Source of the DNA: Nitrospirae bacterium RBG_16_43_11
GTDB taxonomy: Bacteria > Nitrospirota > 9FT-COMBO-42-15 > HDB-SIOI813
Assembly (NCBI GenBank): GCA_001805165.1
Contig: MHEI01000088.1
Location: 1-45,195 of the forward strand
Length of the DNA: 45,195 bases
Direction: 5' to 3'
A program made the translations under genes and the position numbers. The notes under the pieces are model-generated. The model was not told the origin of the DNA, made no database searches, and saw nothing but the letters and a program-made list of their open reading frames with translations. Positions 8,621 through 18,419 of this stretch are shown piece after piece; within the stretch, counting starts at the first letter, position 1, and each line of letters begins with the position of its first letter.

Positions 8621-9667
8621 TTAGTCAACTTTCCACCACCTGTCTGGAAAGGCCTCCTGTAATATTTTATCTCCCTCTCCAACAGGTTCAAGTCCAATAC
8701 GGCGCATGTCTGCATCTACCATAATCTTTGCAAGTTCGGCAAAGTTAATCCTCGGATTCCAGTTCAGCTCTCTTGAAGCCTTCTCTATTTTTGCTTTTAA
8801 TACCTCTACCTCGGTGGGTCTGAAGTAGTATGGATCAATTTTGACATGCTGCTGCCAGTCCAGCCCGGTATACCCAAATGCGGCCTCTACGAATTCCCTC
8901 ACAGAGTGAGACTCACCTGTGCCTATGACATAGTTGCCAGGTCTATCCTGCTGGAGCATTAACCAGGTGGCCATTATATACTCCGGACTGAATCCCCAAT
9001 CCCGTTTTGCCTCAAGGTTTCCTAAATAGAGGTATTTCTCCTTTCCAGCAATGATGTTTGCAACTGTTCGCGTAATCTTTCGGGTTACAAATACCTCTCC
9101 ACGGCGGGGTGATTCGTGATTAAACAATATACCGTTTGATACAAACATATTATAGGCTTCCCTGTAATTTATTGATATCCAATAGGCATAGACCTTTGCG
9201 GCCGCATAAGGGCTGCGTGGATAGAATGGCGTATCTTCAGACTGGGGTGGCAAGGCCGCTCCAAACATTTCGCTGCTTGATGCCTGATAAAACCTGGTCA
9301 TAATACCGCTTCGCCTGACTGCCTCTAAAATCCGTGTAGTTCCAAGGCCGGTAATGTCTCCGGTATATTCAGGCATGTCAAAGCTCAACCGTACATGGCT
9401 TTGAGCGCCGAAGTGATAGATTTCATCAGGCTGGATATTATAAATAATGTGAGTAAGTTGACTTGCGTCGGACAGGTCCCCGTAATGGAGAAACATTTTT
9501 GCGGAAGAATCATGAGGGTCAATGTATATATGCTCTATCCTTCCGGTATTAAAGGTACTGGATCTTCTGATAAGTCCATGGACCTCGTATCCTTTTGATA
9601 GTAAAAGTTCTGCCATGTATGAACCATCTTGCCCGGTAATCCCGGTTATCAGAGCTTTTTTTGACAT
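8621..9667 (-). CDS. gmd: GDP-mannose 4,6-dehydratase
   Basis: '[44 protein letters not shown]' and '[37 protein letters not shown]' (YxxxK SDR block). The track start at 9685 is TTG; ATG 9667 (MSKKALITG) is preferred. Confidence 0.93.
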   Translation of the reverse strand: MSKKALITGITGQDGSYMAELLLSKGYEVHGLIRRSSTFNTGRIEHIYIDPHDSSAKMFLHYGDLSDASQLTHIIYNIQPDEIYHFGAQSHVRLSFDMPEYTGDITGLGTTRILEAVRRSGIMTRFYQASSSEMFGAALPPQSEDTPFYPRSPYAAAKVYAYWISINYREAYNMFVSNGILFNHESPRRGEVFVTRKITRTVANIIAGKEKYLYLGNLEAKRDWGFSPEYIMATWLMLQQDRPGNYVIGTGESHSVREFVEAAFGYTGLDWQQHVKIDPYYFRPTEVEVLKAKIEKASRELNWNPRINFAELAKIMVDADMRRIGLEPVGEGDKILQEAFPDRWWKVD

Positions 9668-9747
9668 CTTTTCTAACCTTATCAAAAATAAAAAAATATA
9701 ATATAATATACACTACTTGGTCTGAAATATGCAATAATGAGTGAATT
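9668..9747. promoter_or_regulatory. AT-rich divergent intergenic region, presumed promoters for the minus gmd operon and the plus GT2/GT-C operon
   Basis: 80 bp between divergent starts. Overlapping TATAAT hexamers lie at 9697-9702 and 9702-9707. No transcription data are available. Confidence 0.35.
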
Positions 9748-10545
9748 ATGAATTACTGCGGGAAGGAAGATTTTGATACGATCATAGTTATTCCTGCCTT
9801 TAACGAAGAGGCTAATATCGCTTCTTTAATAGATAATATCCGGACCAGTGCCCCTGAGGTTGATATCCTTGTGGTAGATGATGGTTCGGCAGATCGTACA
9901 TCACGCATAGCTGCAAAGGCAGGGGCAGTGGTTGTAAGACTCCCCTTTAATCTGGGTTACGGAGCGGCACTGCAGACTGGATTTAAGTATGCACTAATGA
10001 AGCGGTACAGATATGTTATACAGATGGATGCTGATGGACAGCATGACCCTGATTCAATAGGTTTACTCCTTAAAGAGATCGGAAAAGGGGATATAGATGT
10101 GGTGATAGGGTCAAGATTTCTAAGCTCAGTAGTCCAATACAAAATTCCGTTGTTGCGAAAGGCAGGGATATCCTTATTCAGCCGGATTGTCTCTTTTATA
10201 ATCCATCAGAAGATTACAGATCCGACATCGGGTTTTCAGGCGCTGAACAGGGATGCAGTGAGGTTTCATGCAAGTCCGTACTATCCAACTGACTATCCTG
10301 ATGCAGATACTATCATCATGCTTCACAGGGCAGGCCTGAGGATAAGGGAGTCGCCGGTCCGTATGTATCCAAGTGTAAGCGGAAAGACGATGCACAGTGG
10401 TTTAAAGCCTGTGTATTATATGTTCAAGATGTTTTTATCCATGTTTGTTACCTTACTCAGAAAAAGCAAGTTCGAAAAAAGGATAACAAAAGAGGAGGAT
10501 GTATCTAATGCCGCTTCAACAAAAGATATTTGCAATAAGTATTAG
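9748..10545 (+). CDS. Family-2 glycosyltransferase, polyprenyl-phosphate sugar synthase-like (DPM1/ArnC/GtrB type)
   Basis: 'IIVIPAFNEEANI', 'VVDDGSADRT', 'QMDADGQHDPDSI'. Confidence 0.85.
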   Translation: MNYCGKEDFDTIIVIPAFNEEANIASLIDNIRTSAPEVDILVVDDGSADRTSRIAAKAGAVVVRLPFNLGYGAALQTGFKYALMKRYRYVIQMDADGQHDPDSIGLLLKEIGKGDIDVVIGSRFLSSVVQYKIPLLRKAGISLFSRIVSFIIHQKITDPTSGFQALNRDAVRFHASPYYPTDYPDADTIIMLHRAGLRIRESPVRMYPSVSGKTMHSGLKPVYYMFKMFLSMFVTLLRKSKFEKRITKEEDVSNAASTKDICNKY

Positions 10546-10891
10546 TATAATACTATTCATCGTGATTATTGATCTTGTGAGGAGAAAAAGATTGCGTGAA
10601 GAGTTTTCATGGCTGTGGCTCCTGACAGGTGGCGTGATTATCCTGCTGGCCGCATGGTATGATGTTCTCCTGTTCCTGACTAATCTTGTTGGCGCTGTTC
10701 TTCCGACTTCGACACTGTTTTTATTTGGTCTCCTGTTTCTTATGATAATCAGTCTGTATTATTCAACGAAGATCTCAACCCTTCATGAGCAGATGAAAGA
10801 CATTGCCCAGCAGGTGGCAATCCTGCAGGCAGAGCTTCATGTTTCCCCCCAAGAGGATGAGAAACTGCCCTCTATCTCAGGGAGAGGGTAA
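10508..10891 (+). CDS. DUF2304-like small membrane protein
   Basis: 3-4 TM helices then a C-terminal coiled segment 'LHEQMKDIAQQVAILQAEL'. It is the typical partner directly downstream of a DADGQH-type GT2. GGAGG at 10494-10498 is better spaced for ATG 10508 than for ATG 10499. Confidence 0.6.
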   Translation: MPLQQKIFAISISIILFIVIIDLVRRKRLREEFSWLWLLTGGVIILLAAWYDVLLFLTNLVGAVLPTSTLFLFGLLFLMIISLYYSTKISTLHEQMKDIAQQVAILQAELHVSPQEDEKLPSISGRG

Positions 10892-10913
10892 GGATGAGGG
10901 TGGGTCTTTTCAA

Positions 10914-11606
10914 ATGAAGATATCCGTTGTAATGCCTGTATACAATGAGGCAAAAACAGTAAGAGAGTTAATAAAAAGGGTTGAGGACGTAGACCTTGAG
11001 AAAGAGATTATTATTGTTGACGATTATTCTACTGATGGTACACGCAATATACTGAAGGGGCTTGAGCGAAATCCCGGAATAAGAGTATTATATCATGATA
11101 AAAATATGGGTAAGGGTGCGGCGCTTCGAACTGGTTTTAAACATATCACCGGAAACATAGTGATTATCCAGGATGCAGACCTGGAATATAATCCGCAGGA
11201 GTATCACAAATTAATAAGGCCTATCCTGGATGGAAGGGCAGATGTTGTTTATGGGTCCCGCTTTATTACTACAGAGGAGCGGCGCGTCCTTCTGTTCTGG
11301 CACTCTCTTGGAAACTCATTTATAACATTTATCTCAAACATGTTTACCAATTTGAACCTTACAGACATAGAGACATGCTATAAGGTATTCAAGGCGGATG
11401 TGATCCGTTCACTCACCATAGAAGAGAACAGGTTCGGCTTTGAGCCGGAGATTACCGCCAAGATAGCAAAGAAAAGATACAGGATCTATGAAATTGGCAT
11501 ATCATACAGCGGGCGGGATTATTCAGAAGGGAAAAAGATCGGGTGGAAGGATGGATTCAGGGCCATATGGTGTATAGTAAAATACAACCTGACAAGAAGA
11601 AGATAG
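10914..11606 (+). CDS. Family-2 glycosyltransferase, polyprenyl-phosphate sugar synthase-like
   Basis: 'MKISVVMPVYNE', 'IVDDYSTDGT', 'IQDADLEYNPQEY'. The start was moved to ATG 10914; the track start at 10803 would overlap DUF2304 by 89 nt. Confidence 0.85.
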   Translation: MKISVVMPVYNEAKTVRELIKRVEDVDLEKEIIIVDDYSTDGTRNILKGLERNPGIRVLYHDKNMGKGAALRTGFKHITGNIVIIQDADLEYNPQEYHKLIRPILDGRADVVYGSRFITTEERRVLLFWHSLGNSFITFISNMFTNLNLTDIETCYKVFKADVIRSLTIEENRFGFEPEITAKIAKKRYRIYEIGISYSGRDYSEGKKIGWKDGFRAIWCIVKYNLTRRR

Positions 11607-14251
11607 ACTTGGTAAATGGATACTCAAAACAATGGGCAGCCCGCTTATTACCTGCTTTAGTGGTATCAGTCCTTTTCACTGTTATTGCGATCAATCTTTT
11701 CTACAAAACACCTCACGGAGTTCTTAGTATATACTCGCTTGATAGATTTTTTTTTGGATTGTCAGCGCTGGACACTGAACAGTTTTCATCCTTTCTGATG
11801 GTTCTCGGCGGATACTGGGTTTGTGTGGCAATATATGCATTGGCAGCATCTTATATAGTTAAATCAGGTTCCGGGAAGACAGCTGTTATTGCCCTTCTGT
11901 TAGGTATTGATACCCAATTAACCCTTTCTCTTTCTGATCTTGCTGCCAGCAATACCAATTGGAGCCTGCAATATAACACATACTATGATCCCCTGTTTAT
12001 CTATCCTCTTCTCGGGATTTATGTTATTTCAATATTTGCAATAAATATTCTCATAAGCCGCTATATAATCCTTTCTGTAACTGAGTGCTTTAAAAAAGGG
12101 GGGCCTGCCGCGGAGATTGACGGCATAGCGCTATTTCTACTACCCATCCCGATTCTTACCATTTATTCGATTTTCCAGCTTAGGTTTAACTGGATTATTT
12201 TGCTGCTAATTTTCCTAATCAGCATATCCGGAATATTTGAAACCCCGATGAGGCAAGCTCTGCGATACGTGTGGTCTTGTACCAGAGGCATTCTGAATTA
12301 TTTTCAGAATGAAAGGATATTTTTAGTTACGGTTGCAGTATCTGCCATTCTGATAAGAATAGCCTTCTCTCTGGCCAATCAAACCGGGATGGGGGCAGAT
12401 GACAGCTCCATATATGACGACCTGGGGTGGAGATATGCGTCAGGTGAAGATGTAACTGATGTGTTTTTCCCCCCGGGGTACTGGATGTTCCTCGGTATCA
12501 TCTATAAGGTCTTCGGCCGTAATTATCTGCTGTTAATGATTATTCAATCCTTGATAGGCGCTGCTGTGCCCATTCTTACCTATTTTATATCTAAAGAAAT
12601 ATTTAATATAAAGACTGCGAGACTCTCAGCTTTACTTGTGTCCATCAACAGCAGCATTATCTTCTATTCTACTTTGATAGCAACTGAGTCAATTTATACG
12701 CCCATAACGCTCTTATTATTATGGATGCTTATTAAAGTACGTAAGTCACCACGGACATTATTCTTTGTTTTTATCGGGCTTTTGCTGGGCCTGTCAATAA
12801 TCATTAAGTCTGTCATGCTTGCGCTGCCAATGGTCCTGTTGGGCTGGCTGTTTTTGATTTACAGACGCAGCATAAAGACATTTATAATATCATCTGTCCT
12901 TCTTTTAGTTTTCGTCTGCCTGACAATTGCGCCGCTTACATACAGAAATTATATCAATCATGGCAGATTTATTTTATTAACTGAATTCAGGCAGGTGAAA
13001 GATACGTTGATGAATCCGGTATTGAAAGAGGCAGATATCTACGGCGATACCTATGGAGAGATGCTGAAGAAGATAACGGGGGATCCTGTAAAATTTACAA
13101 CTGCCTTTATAAAAGGAGCGCCTCTGCAATTGCGGGAGCTTTTCTGGGGGAGGAAAATATATGTTCCTTTTGATCTCATCTATATCCACAATGCCAGTCC
13201 TTATGCCTTTAATCTCAAGGTCTATTTTACTTTACTGTTTTTCCTGGGGGCTTTCGCTGCTGTCTTTATAGACAGGAGATTAAGGATGGAACGGGTTCTC
13301 CCTCTATTACTGATTACATATTACTGTGTAATGTATATCTTTTTTTATGGAAAGAGCAGATATGCTATGCCGATGCTTCCACTGACAATTATGTTTGGTG
13401 TCTTCGGGTTTTACTATATACTGACTGAGATAAAAAGGGTTTTCAAACTGTCTCAGTCGTATGGAGAAAAGAAACAACGGGAAACCATAATACCATTTAG
13501 AATCGCCTTATGGGGGTGGACAGGGTTAATTGTACTGATAATGTACGGATTGAGCTACGGTTACAATGTCAGGGCAAAGATGCTGCTGGCAGAGGGGAAA
13601 GGGTTTATGGAAGCGGGTAATTATACAGAGGCAAAAGAGAAGCTGCAAACTACAGTTGAAAAATACCCCAAAAGTGCATCGGCACAAGATGCGTACAGGG
13701 AACTGATATTATCAGGCGCTCGATATATGGACTTATCAAAGGATTCTATTGAACAATATTTTATGCTCTATAAAGGATATCCGACTACAATTGAGACATT
13801 TAAAGAGTTTGTTGACATATTCCAGAAGAATGCTGCCTATTACCTTGAACGTCTGCATTCATCTTCTGACATTGAGAAATTTATAAGGATGCTTGATTTT
13901 CAGGAGGCTGTAATACTTAATATGGCGGATAATTATCCCTATGAAGGCCGGATTGTCGGGATTACCTGCAAGTCTCTTTACAATCTTCAAAATATGCGAA
14001 GTGAGGCCAGGCTCAGGGCAGCAGAGAACTTTCTGAAAGATAGGATGCCTGATCTGGCAGATAAAGAGGTTAAGGTTATAGCAGATTTGCCCGAGCGGGT
14101 AGTCTTCAGCCAGTGGTTTGTATACCCTGTCTGTAACTTTTCGAATAAAGCAAGACTGCTCGGGGCAATCAACGATCTATACCTGCAATATGGTTTTAAA
14201 AGTCATGCATTAAAATGGATAGGAATAAGCAGCGAAACCAGTCAGAATTAA
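11567..14251 (+). CDS. Large GT-C fold membrane glycosyltransferase (PMT_2/ArnT-like) with an N-terminal polytopic extension and a C-terminal TPR-like domain
   Basis: Core 'FFPPGYWMFLGIIYKVFGRNYLLLMIIQSLIGAAVPILTYFISKEIF...TESIYTPITLLLL' resembles PMT_2. There are more than 12 predicted TM segments. C-terminal 'EAGNYTEAKEKLQTTVEKYPKSASAQDAYRELI' is TPR-like. The start is uncertain: GTG 11543, ATG 11567 or TTG 11609. Confidence 0.72.
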   Translation: MVYSKIQPDKKKIDLVNGYSKQWAARLLPALVVSVLFTVIAINLFYKTPHGVLSIYSLDRFFFGLSALDTEQFSSFLMVLGGYWVCVAIYALAASYIVKSGSGKTAVIALLLGIDTQLTLSLSDLAASNTNWSLQYNTYYDPLFIYPLLGIYVISIFAINILISRYIILSVTECFKKGGPAAEIDGIALFLLPIPILTIYSIFQLRFNWIILLLIFLISISGIFETPMRQALRYVWSCTRGILNYFQNERIFLVTVAVSAILIRIAFSLANQTGMGADDSSIYDDLGWRYASGEDVTDVFFPPGYWMFLGIIYKVFGRNYLLLMIIQSLIGAAVPILTYFISKEIFNIKTARLSALLVSINSSIIFYSTLIATESIYTPITLLLLWMLIKVRKSPRTLFFVFIGLLLGLSIIIKSVMLALPMVLLGWLFLIYRRSIKTFIISSVLLLVFVCLTIAPLTYRNYINHGRFILLTEFRQVKDTLMNPVLKEADIYGDTYGEMLKKITGDPVKFTTAFIKGAPLQLRELFWGRKIYVPFDLIYIHNASPYAFNLKVYFTLLFFLGAFAAVFIDRRLRMERVLPLLLITYYCVMYIFFYGKSRYAMPMLPLTIMFGVFGFYYILTEIKRVFKLSQSYGEKKQRETIIPFRIALWGWTGLIVLIMYGLSYGYNVRAKMLLAEGKGFMEAGNYTEAKEKLQTTVEKYPKSASAQDAYRELILSGARYMDLSKDSIEQYFMLYKGYPTTIETFKEFVDIFQKNAAYYLERLHSSSDIEKFIRMLDFQEAVILNMADNYPYEGRIVGITCKSLYNLQNMRSEARLRAAENFLKDRMPDLADKEVKVIADLPERVVFSQWFVYPVCNFSNKARLLGAINDLYLQYGFKSHALKWIGISSETSQN

Positions 14252-14970
14252 TATATCTATCAATAATAATCCCAGCTCTAAATGAAGAGGATAGGATAGG
14301 GAAGACATTGGAGAAAATTATGTTATATCTTGATTCCTGTCGTTACCCCTATGAGATTATTGTGGTAAACGATGGGAGCACGGACAGGACATCAGGCATT
14401 GTTGAAGAATTCTCTGAACGGTATAATCAGGTGCAGATCATAAAAAGCAAAACAAATCATGGCAAAGGGCTCAGTGTGAGAAAAGGGATGCTGAGTTCAA
14501 AAGGGCAATATGTGCTCTTTACGGATGCTGACCTGTCCACCCCTATTGAAGAGGTAGAGAAGCTGCTGGAATGGCTTGAAAAAGGATATGACATTGCCAT
14601 AGGTTCAAGAGGGTTAAAAGAGTCAGACATTCAGGTTCACCAACCCTGGTATCGTGAAAGAATGGGGAAGGTATTTAACCTGTTAGTCAGGCTGCTTACT
14701 GTAAGGGGTATAAAGGATACACAGTGTGGATTTAAATGTTTTAAAAAAGAGGTCATCAGGGATATTTTTGCCATGCAGACAATCACCCGCTTCAGCTTTG
14801 ATGTAGAGCTGCTCTGGATAGCCCTTAAAAAGGGATACAGGATCAAAGAAGTGCCAGTGCGATGGCTGAATGACGCACAAAGCAGGGTTAATCCCGTGAT
14901 GGACTCCTCTCGTATGTTCTTAGATCTCATAAAGATAAGGATCAACGATTTGAGGGGGGTGTATGAGTAG
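14215..14970 (+). CDS. Family-2 glycosyltransferase, dolichyl/polyprenyl-phosphate beta-glycosyltransferase-like (Alg5/DPM1 type)
   Basis: 'LSIIIPALNEEDRI', 'VVNDGSTDRT', 'FTDADLSTPIEE'. Overlaps the end of the upstream GT-C gene by 37 nt. Confidence 0.85.
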   Translation: MDRNKQRNQSELIYLSIIIPALNEEDRIGKTLEKIMLYLDSCRYPYEIIVVNDGSTDRTSGIVEEFSERYNQVQIIKSKTNHGKGLSVRKGMLSSKGQYVLFTDADLSTPIEEVEKLLEWLEKGYDIAIGSRGLKESDIQVHQPWYRERMGKVFNLLVRLLTVRGIKDTQCGFKCFKKEVIRDIFAMQTITRFSFDVELLWIALKKGYRIKEVPVRWLNDAQSRVNPVMDSSRMFLDLIKIRINDLRGVYE

Positions 14971-16615
14971 GCTTTTTTCTCTTTATTCAACAGTGTTACC
15001 AATAATTATTGGGATGGCCGGAACTGTTCTCCTTATGTTCTTCATCATTCACTGGACTGTCATAGTTCCCGATTCGGCTACATACCTTCGCATGGCAGAG
15101 GAGATACAAAAGGGTAAATGGCATATTGATCAATGGGCAAGGGGGCCATATTCAGGCCCTCCTCTATATCCTATGCTTGTAGCGTTGACAGAATGGATCA
15201 TTCCTGGTTTTGATAGAGCCGGGAAAATAGTAGCTGTTATGGCAGCATCTGCTACCATTATCCCTTTATTTTTCCTGGCAAGACGATTTTATGGTGAGAA
15301 GGCGGGTTGGGCGGTTATCCCACTTACGGTACTAAATCCGTGGTATTTGCAATATGTTTCTCAAGCCCTGACGGAATCTTTATTTACCTTCCTTTTTCTT
15401 GCGGGAATTGTATTAACGCTTTATGCATTGGCACAGAATTCGCCGGTGCTCTGGTTTATTGTCGGGATAATGGCTGGTTCTGCCTGGATGACCCGGGATG
15501 CAGGCATTATTATGCCTTTTTTTTCCATTTTATGGCTTGCTATTGGGATGTGGAAAAAGAGGTGTTCACCTTTAGGCATAGTGAGAAATAGTGGTGCTCT
15601 TTTATTGGGTATTATTTTGATCTATGCACCATTTAAGATTTTGATGACTTTGGATCAGAAAAGCATGCATAATACGCCTAAGACAAGTATTGCCTTTAAT
15701 CTTATAATACCTGACCTGAGAAATACTATGGAAAGGGAAATATACACTTCAAAGCTGAACGGAAGTAGTACGGAATATGCATTAACAGAAGCACAAAAAG
15801 TGTCTCCAAAACTGTCAGATGCATTATTGCAGCACTGGAGGAAGATTCTATATAGGTTTGGAGTCAATATTGGTTTAATGATAGCGTCGATGTATTCGAT
15901 GCTGGGGTTGATTGCATCATTATTTGTTTTAATTGGGATTTCTTTAGGGAAGTCTTCTCTAAGAAAGGAATCAGAAAGATTTCCATTTCCTTTATTATTT
16001 ATAGGTTCATATATAATCATTTATTTCATATTTTATGCCACTGCAGGAGGGTTCACAGGGGCATTGTTCCCTGAACGGTATCTTGTCCCGATAATCCCAC
16101 TTTTGGGAATCTGGGCCGTCACTGGTATATTAATATCAGGAGAATTTATAAGGAAGTTTAAGGTTAAACATCTGGATAAGGTGATAATATTACTATGCCT
16201 TGGGATTATCCTCAGTATTTATTTGCAGAACATTCTGCAACTGAGAACATTTAGCCAGCAAAGACTTAAGAAAGTGGAATTTTACAAACTGCTGGGGGAA
16301 AGTATAAGGAAGGCATCGCACTCTCATGGTATGGAAGAAATTTCTGTTATGACAAGGTCACCATATTTATCTTATTACTCAGGCGCATCTTTTGTCTTGT
16401 TACCTTATGGCGAATATCCGGAGGTTATAAAATTTGCAAAACAAAAGGGGGTGGATTTCCTCTATGTGGATGTAGCTGTTATCTTTCAGCGCCCACAACT
16501 ATCTTCTCTTTTGAATTCAAATACATCGTTGCCGGAGCTTGAGAGAGTCTATAATAAACATTCCAGGAAAGACAATAATAAGCTGTTAGCGGTGCTGTAC
16601 AAAATAAAAAAATGA
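14963..16615 (+). CDS. GT-C fold membrane glycosyltransferase (PMT_2/ArnT-like), second copy
   Basis: 'DSATYLRMAEEI...GPPLYPMLVALTEWI...GKIVAVMAASATIIPLFFLARRFYG...TESLFTFLFLAGI'. Polytopic. ATG 14963 follows GAGGGGGG and overlaps the upstream stop. Confidence 0.75.
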   Translation: MSRLFSLYSTVLPIIIGMAGTVLLMFFIIHWTVIVPDSATYLRMAEEIQKGKWHIDQWARGPYSGPPLYPMLVALTEWIIPGFDRAGKIVAVMAASATIIPLFFLARRFYGEKAGWAVIPLTVLNPWYLQYVSQALTESLFTFLFLAGIVLTLYALAQNSPVLWFIVGIMAGSAWMTRDAGIIMPFFSILWLAIGMWKKRCSPLGIVRNSGALLLGIILIYAPFKILMTLDQKSMHNTPKTSIAFNLIIPDLRNTMEREIYTSKLNGSSTEYALTEAQKVSPKLSDALLQHWRKILYRFGVNIGLMIASMYSMLGLIASLFVLIGISLGKSSLRKESERFPFPLLFIGSYIIIYFIFYATAGGFTGALFPERYLVPIIPLLGIWAVTGILISGEFIRKFKVKHLDKVIILLCLGIILSIYLQNILQLRTFSQQRLKKVEFYKLLGESIRKASHSHGMEEISVMTRSPYLSYYSGASFVLLPYGEYPEVIKFAKQKGVDFLYVDVAVIFQRPQLSSLLNSNTSLPELERVYNKHSRKDNNKLLAVLYKIKK

Positions 16616-18402
16616 TTTACATAATACTTGGGACAAAGGCGCAATTAATTAAGATGGCACCACTGATGGTAGCTCTGAAGGAGAGAGGGATAGATTATGT
16701 CTATATCTCAACAGGGCAACACAAGGAGACGATGCATGAATTGCATCAAAACTTTGATATAAGGGAGCCGGATTTAAGGCTGTATAATGGGGAGGACATA
16801 ACTGGTGTTTGCCAGATGGCTCTGTGGAGCATAAGGATAATAACGAAGATTCTGGTCAATAAGAGGTTGCTTCTGAAGGATAACAGGAGGGGCATTGTCC
16901 TCGTACACGGGGATACCTTCTCCACTCTCCTTGGTGCGCTTCTCGGCAAATTGTTACGTCTGAAAGTTGCCCATATCGAATCAGGGCTCCGCTCATTTAA
17001 TATATTTCACCCTTTCCCGGAGGAGATTACACGTATATTGACATTCTCTCTCACTGATTATTATTTTTGTCCTGGAGATTGGGCTGTAAGGAATATCGAG
17101 AAATATCGAGGTTATAAGATTAATACCACAATGAACACCCTCTATGACTCTTTAAGATTGGCAATGGAGAATGAGGATCATATCAAAATTGACATTCCTG
17201 ATACTCCCTATTCTGTAGCTACTATTCACCGGTATGAGAATATTTTTCATCGGGATAAATTAAAGAGGGTTGTTGATATAGTATTGAATATATCAGAGAG
17301 GGTTAAGGTACTATTCATACTTCACCCACCGACAAGGAAGAATCTTGAGAAATTTGGATTATATGAAATTCTACATAAGAATAAAAATATAGAATTGCGG
17401 CCACGTTATGACTACTTTGAGTTTATAAAACTGATGCAAAATAGTGAGTTTATTATAAGCGATGGAGGAAGTAATCAGGAAGAGAGCTACTATATGGGAC
17501 AACCATGTTTGCTTCTACGTAAGGCCACTGAACGTACAGAAGGACTGGGTGAGAATGTAGTTTTGTCTAACTACGATGACAAGATTCTTGAAGAGTTCAT
17601 AAAAAAATATAAGAAGTACAAAACTGATCCTGTAATGGGTCCGGAAAGTCCGAGCAAGATCATTGTTGATTTTTTAATAGACTTTCAGGAAAATCGGTCT
17701 TTAAAGACTGAGAATTTGAATGAAATAGAATATACAGAAGAATACTATCTAAAAGAGTTTAGAAGGCATGAAGAAAAGCACGCCCACTTCCAGGATAAAG
17801 TTAAAAATGTTATGGAGATGGTTATGCCCATTTCTGAAAAGGAAGTAATCCTTGATCTTGGTACATGCAGCGGTACTTTTGCATTTGAGTGTGCAAAGTA
17901 CTGTGCTACTGTATATGGTGTTGATCTGTCTCGAATGGCGATAGCATATTGCAATAAGAGGAAAAAGGAATTAGCTGTAGATAATTGCGAATTCATGGTA
18001 TGCAGGAGTGAAAATATACCATTTAAAGATGGATATTTTGATAAGATAATAATGGGAGATGTGGCTGAACACTTGCCTGGGGAGGTCTTTTTAAAGACAA
18101 TTAGTGAGGTGAAAAGGCTCTTAAAGCCAAAAGGGTTACTTATTATATACACACCTAATAGAAGTCATCTCTTTGAATGGTTGAAAGAAAAGAGGATTCT
18201 TAAACCAGACCCAACACACATTAATTTAATGACAAAGGACCAACTTGAAGATATTCTAAAAAGTTCAGGACTTGCTATCCAAAAGTCATATTATAAATCT
18301 TCTCATTTTTTATTGTTTAATTTATTAGAAGATATATTTACTAAAATTCCCCTTCTTGATAGATTCTCTGGAAGAAGAATATGCATTGTTGGCATTAAAT
18401 AG
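16612..18402 (+). CDS. Fusion protein: UDP-GlcNAc 2-epimerase-like (Epimerase_2/WecB-like) N-domain plus class I SAM methyltransferase C-domain
   Basis: N-domain (about 16612-17690): 'HGDTFSTLLGALLGKLLRLKVAHIESGLRSFNIFHPFPEEITR'. C-domain (about 17740-18402): motif I 'VILDLGTCSGTFAFE' at about 17845-17880, plus 'IIMGDVAEHL' and 'LKPKGLLII'. A single uninterrupted 596-codon frame. Confidence 0.75.
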   Translation: MIYIILGTKAQLIKMAPLMVALKERGIDYVYISTGQHKETMHELHQNFDIREPDLRLYNGEDITGVCQMALWSIRIITKILVNKRLLLKDNRRGIVLVHGDTFSTLLGALLGKLLRLKVAHIESGLRSFNIFHPFPEEITRILTFSLTDYYFCPGDWAVRNIEKYRGYKINTTMNTLYDSLRLAMENEDHIKIDIPDTPYSVATIHRYENIFHRDKLKRVVDIVLNISERVKVLFILHPPTRKNLEKFGLYEILHKNKNIELRPRYDYFEFIKLMQNSEFIISDGGSNQEESYYMGQPCLLLRKATERTEGLGENVVLSNYDDKILEEFIKKYKKYKTDPVMGPESPSKIIVDFLIDFQENRSLKTENLNEIEYTEEYYLKEFRRHEEKHAHFQDKVKNVMEMVMPISEKEVILDLGTCSGTFAFECAKYCATVYGVDLSRMAIAYCNKRKKELAVDNCEFMVCRSENIPFKDGYFDKIIMGDVAEHLPGEVFLKTISEVKRLLKPKGLLIIYTPNRSHLFEWLKEKRILKPDPTHINLMTKDQLEDILKSSGLAIQKSYYKSSHFLLFNLLEDIFTKIPLLDRFSGRRICIVGIK

Positions 18403-18419
18403 GAGGTGATGATTATATA

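Noticed and set aside
9661-9666. A perfect TTGACA -35 hexamer on the + strand ahead of the divergent GT2 operon.
   Set aside because: It overlaps the gmd start codon (the complement of ATG is at 9665-9667). No acceptable -10 sits 16-18 bp downstream (9684-9689 is AAAAAT-like). The TATAAT hexamers at 9697-9707 are about 30 bp or more away.
10803-10913. Long N-terminal extensions implied by the track starts: 10803 for the GT2, 21500 for the NHL protein, 24886 for the OMP, 32558 for the TPR protein, 34876 for sulfotransferase 1 and 19525 for UPF0104.
   Set aside because: The extensions overlap upstream genes or precede clear signal peptides or family N-termini. Several use TTG/GTG. Downstream ATGs restore canonical N-termini (MKISVVMPVYNE; MLKHH...LTGC; MHGLILLF...; MFVKPNFFIVG).
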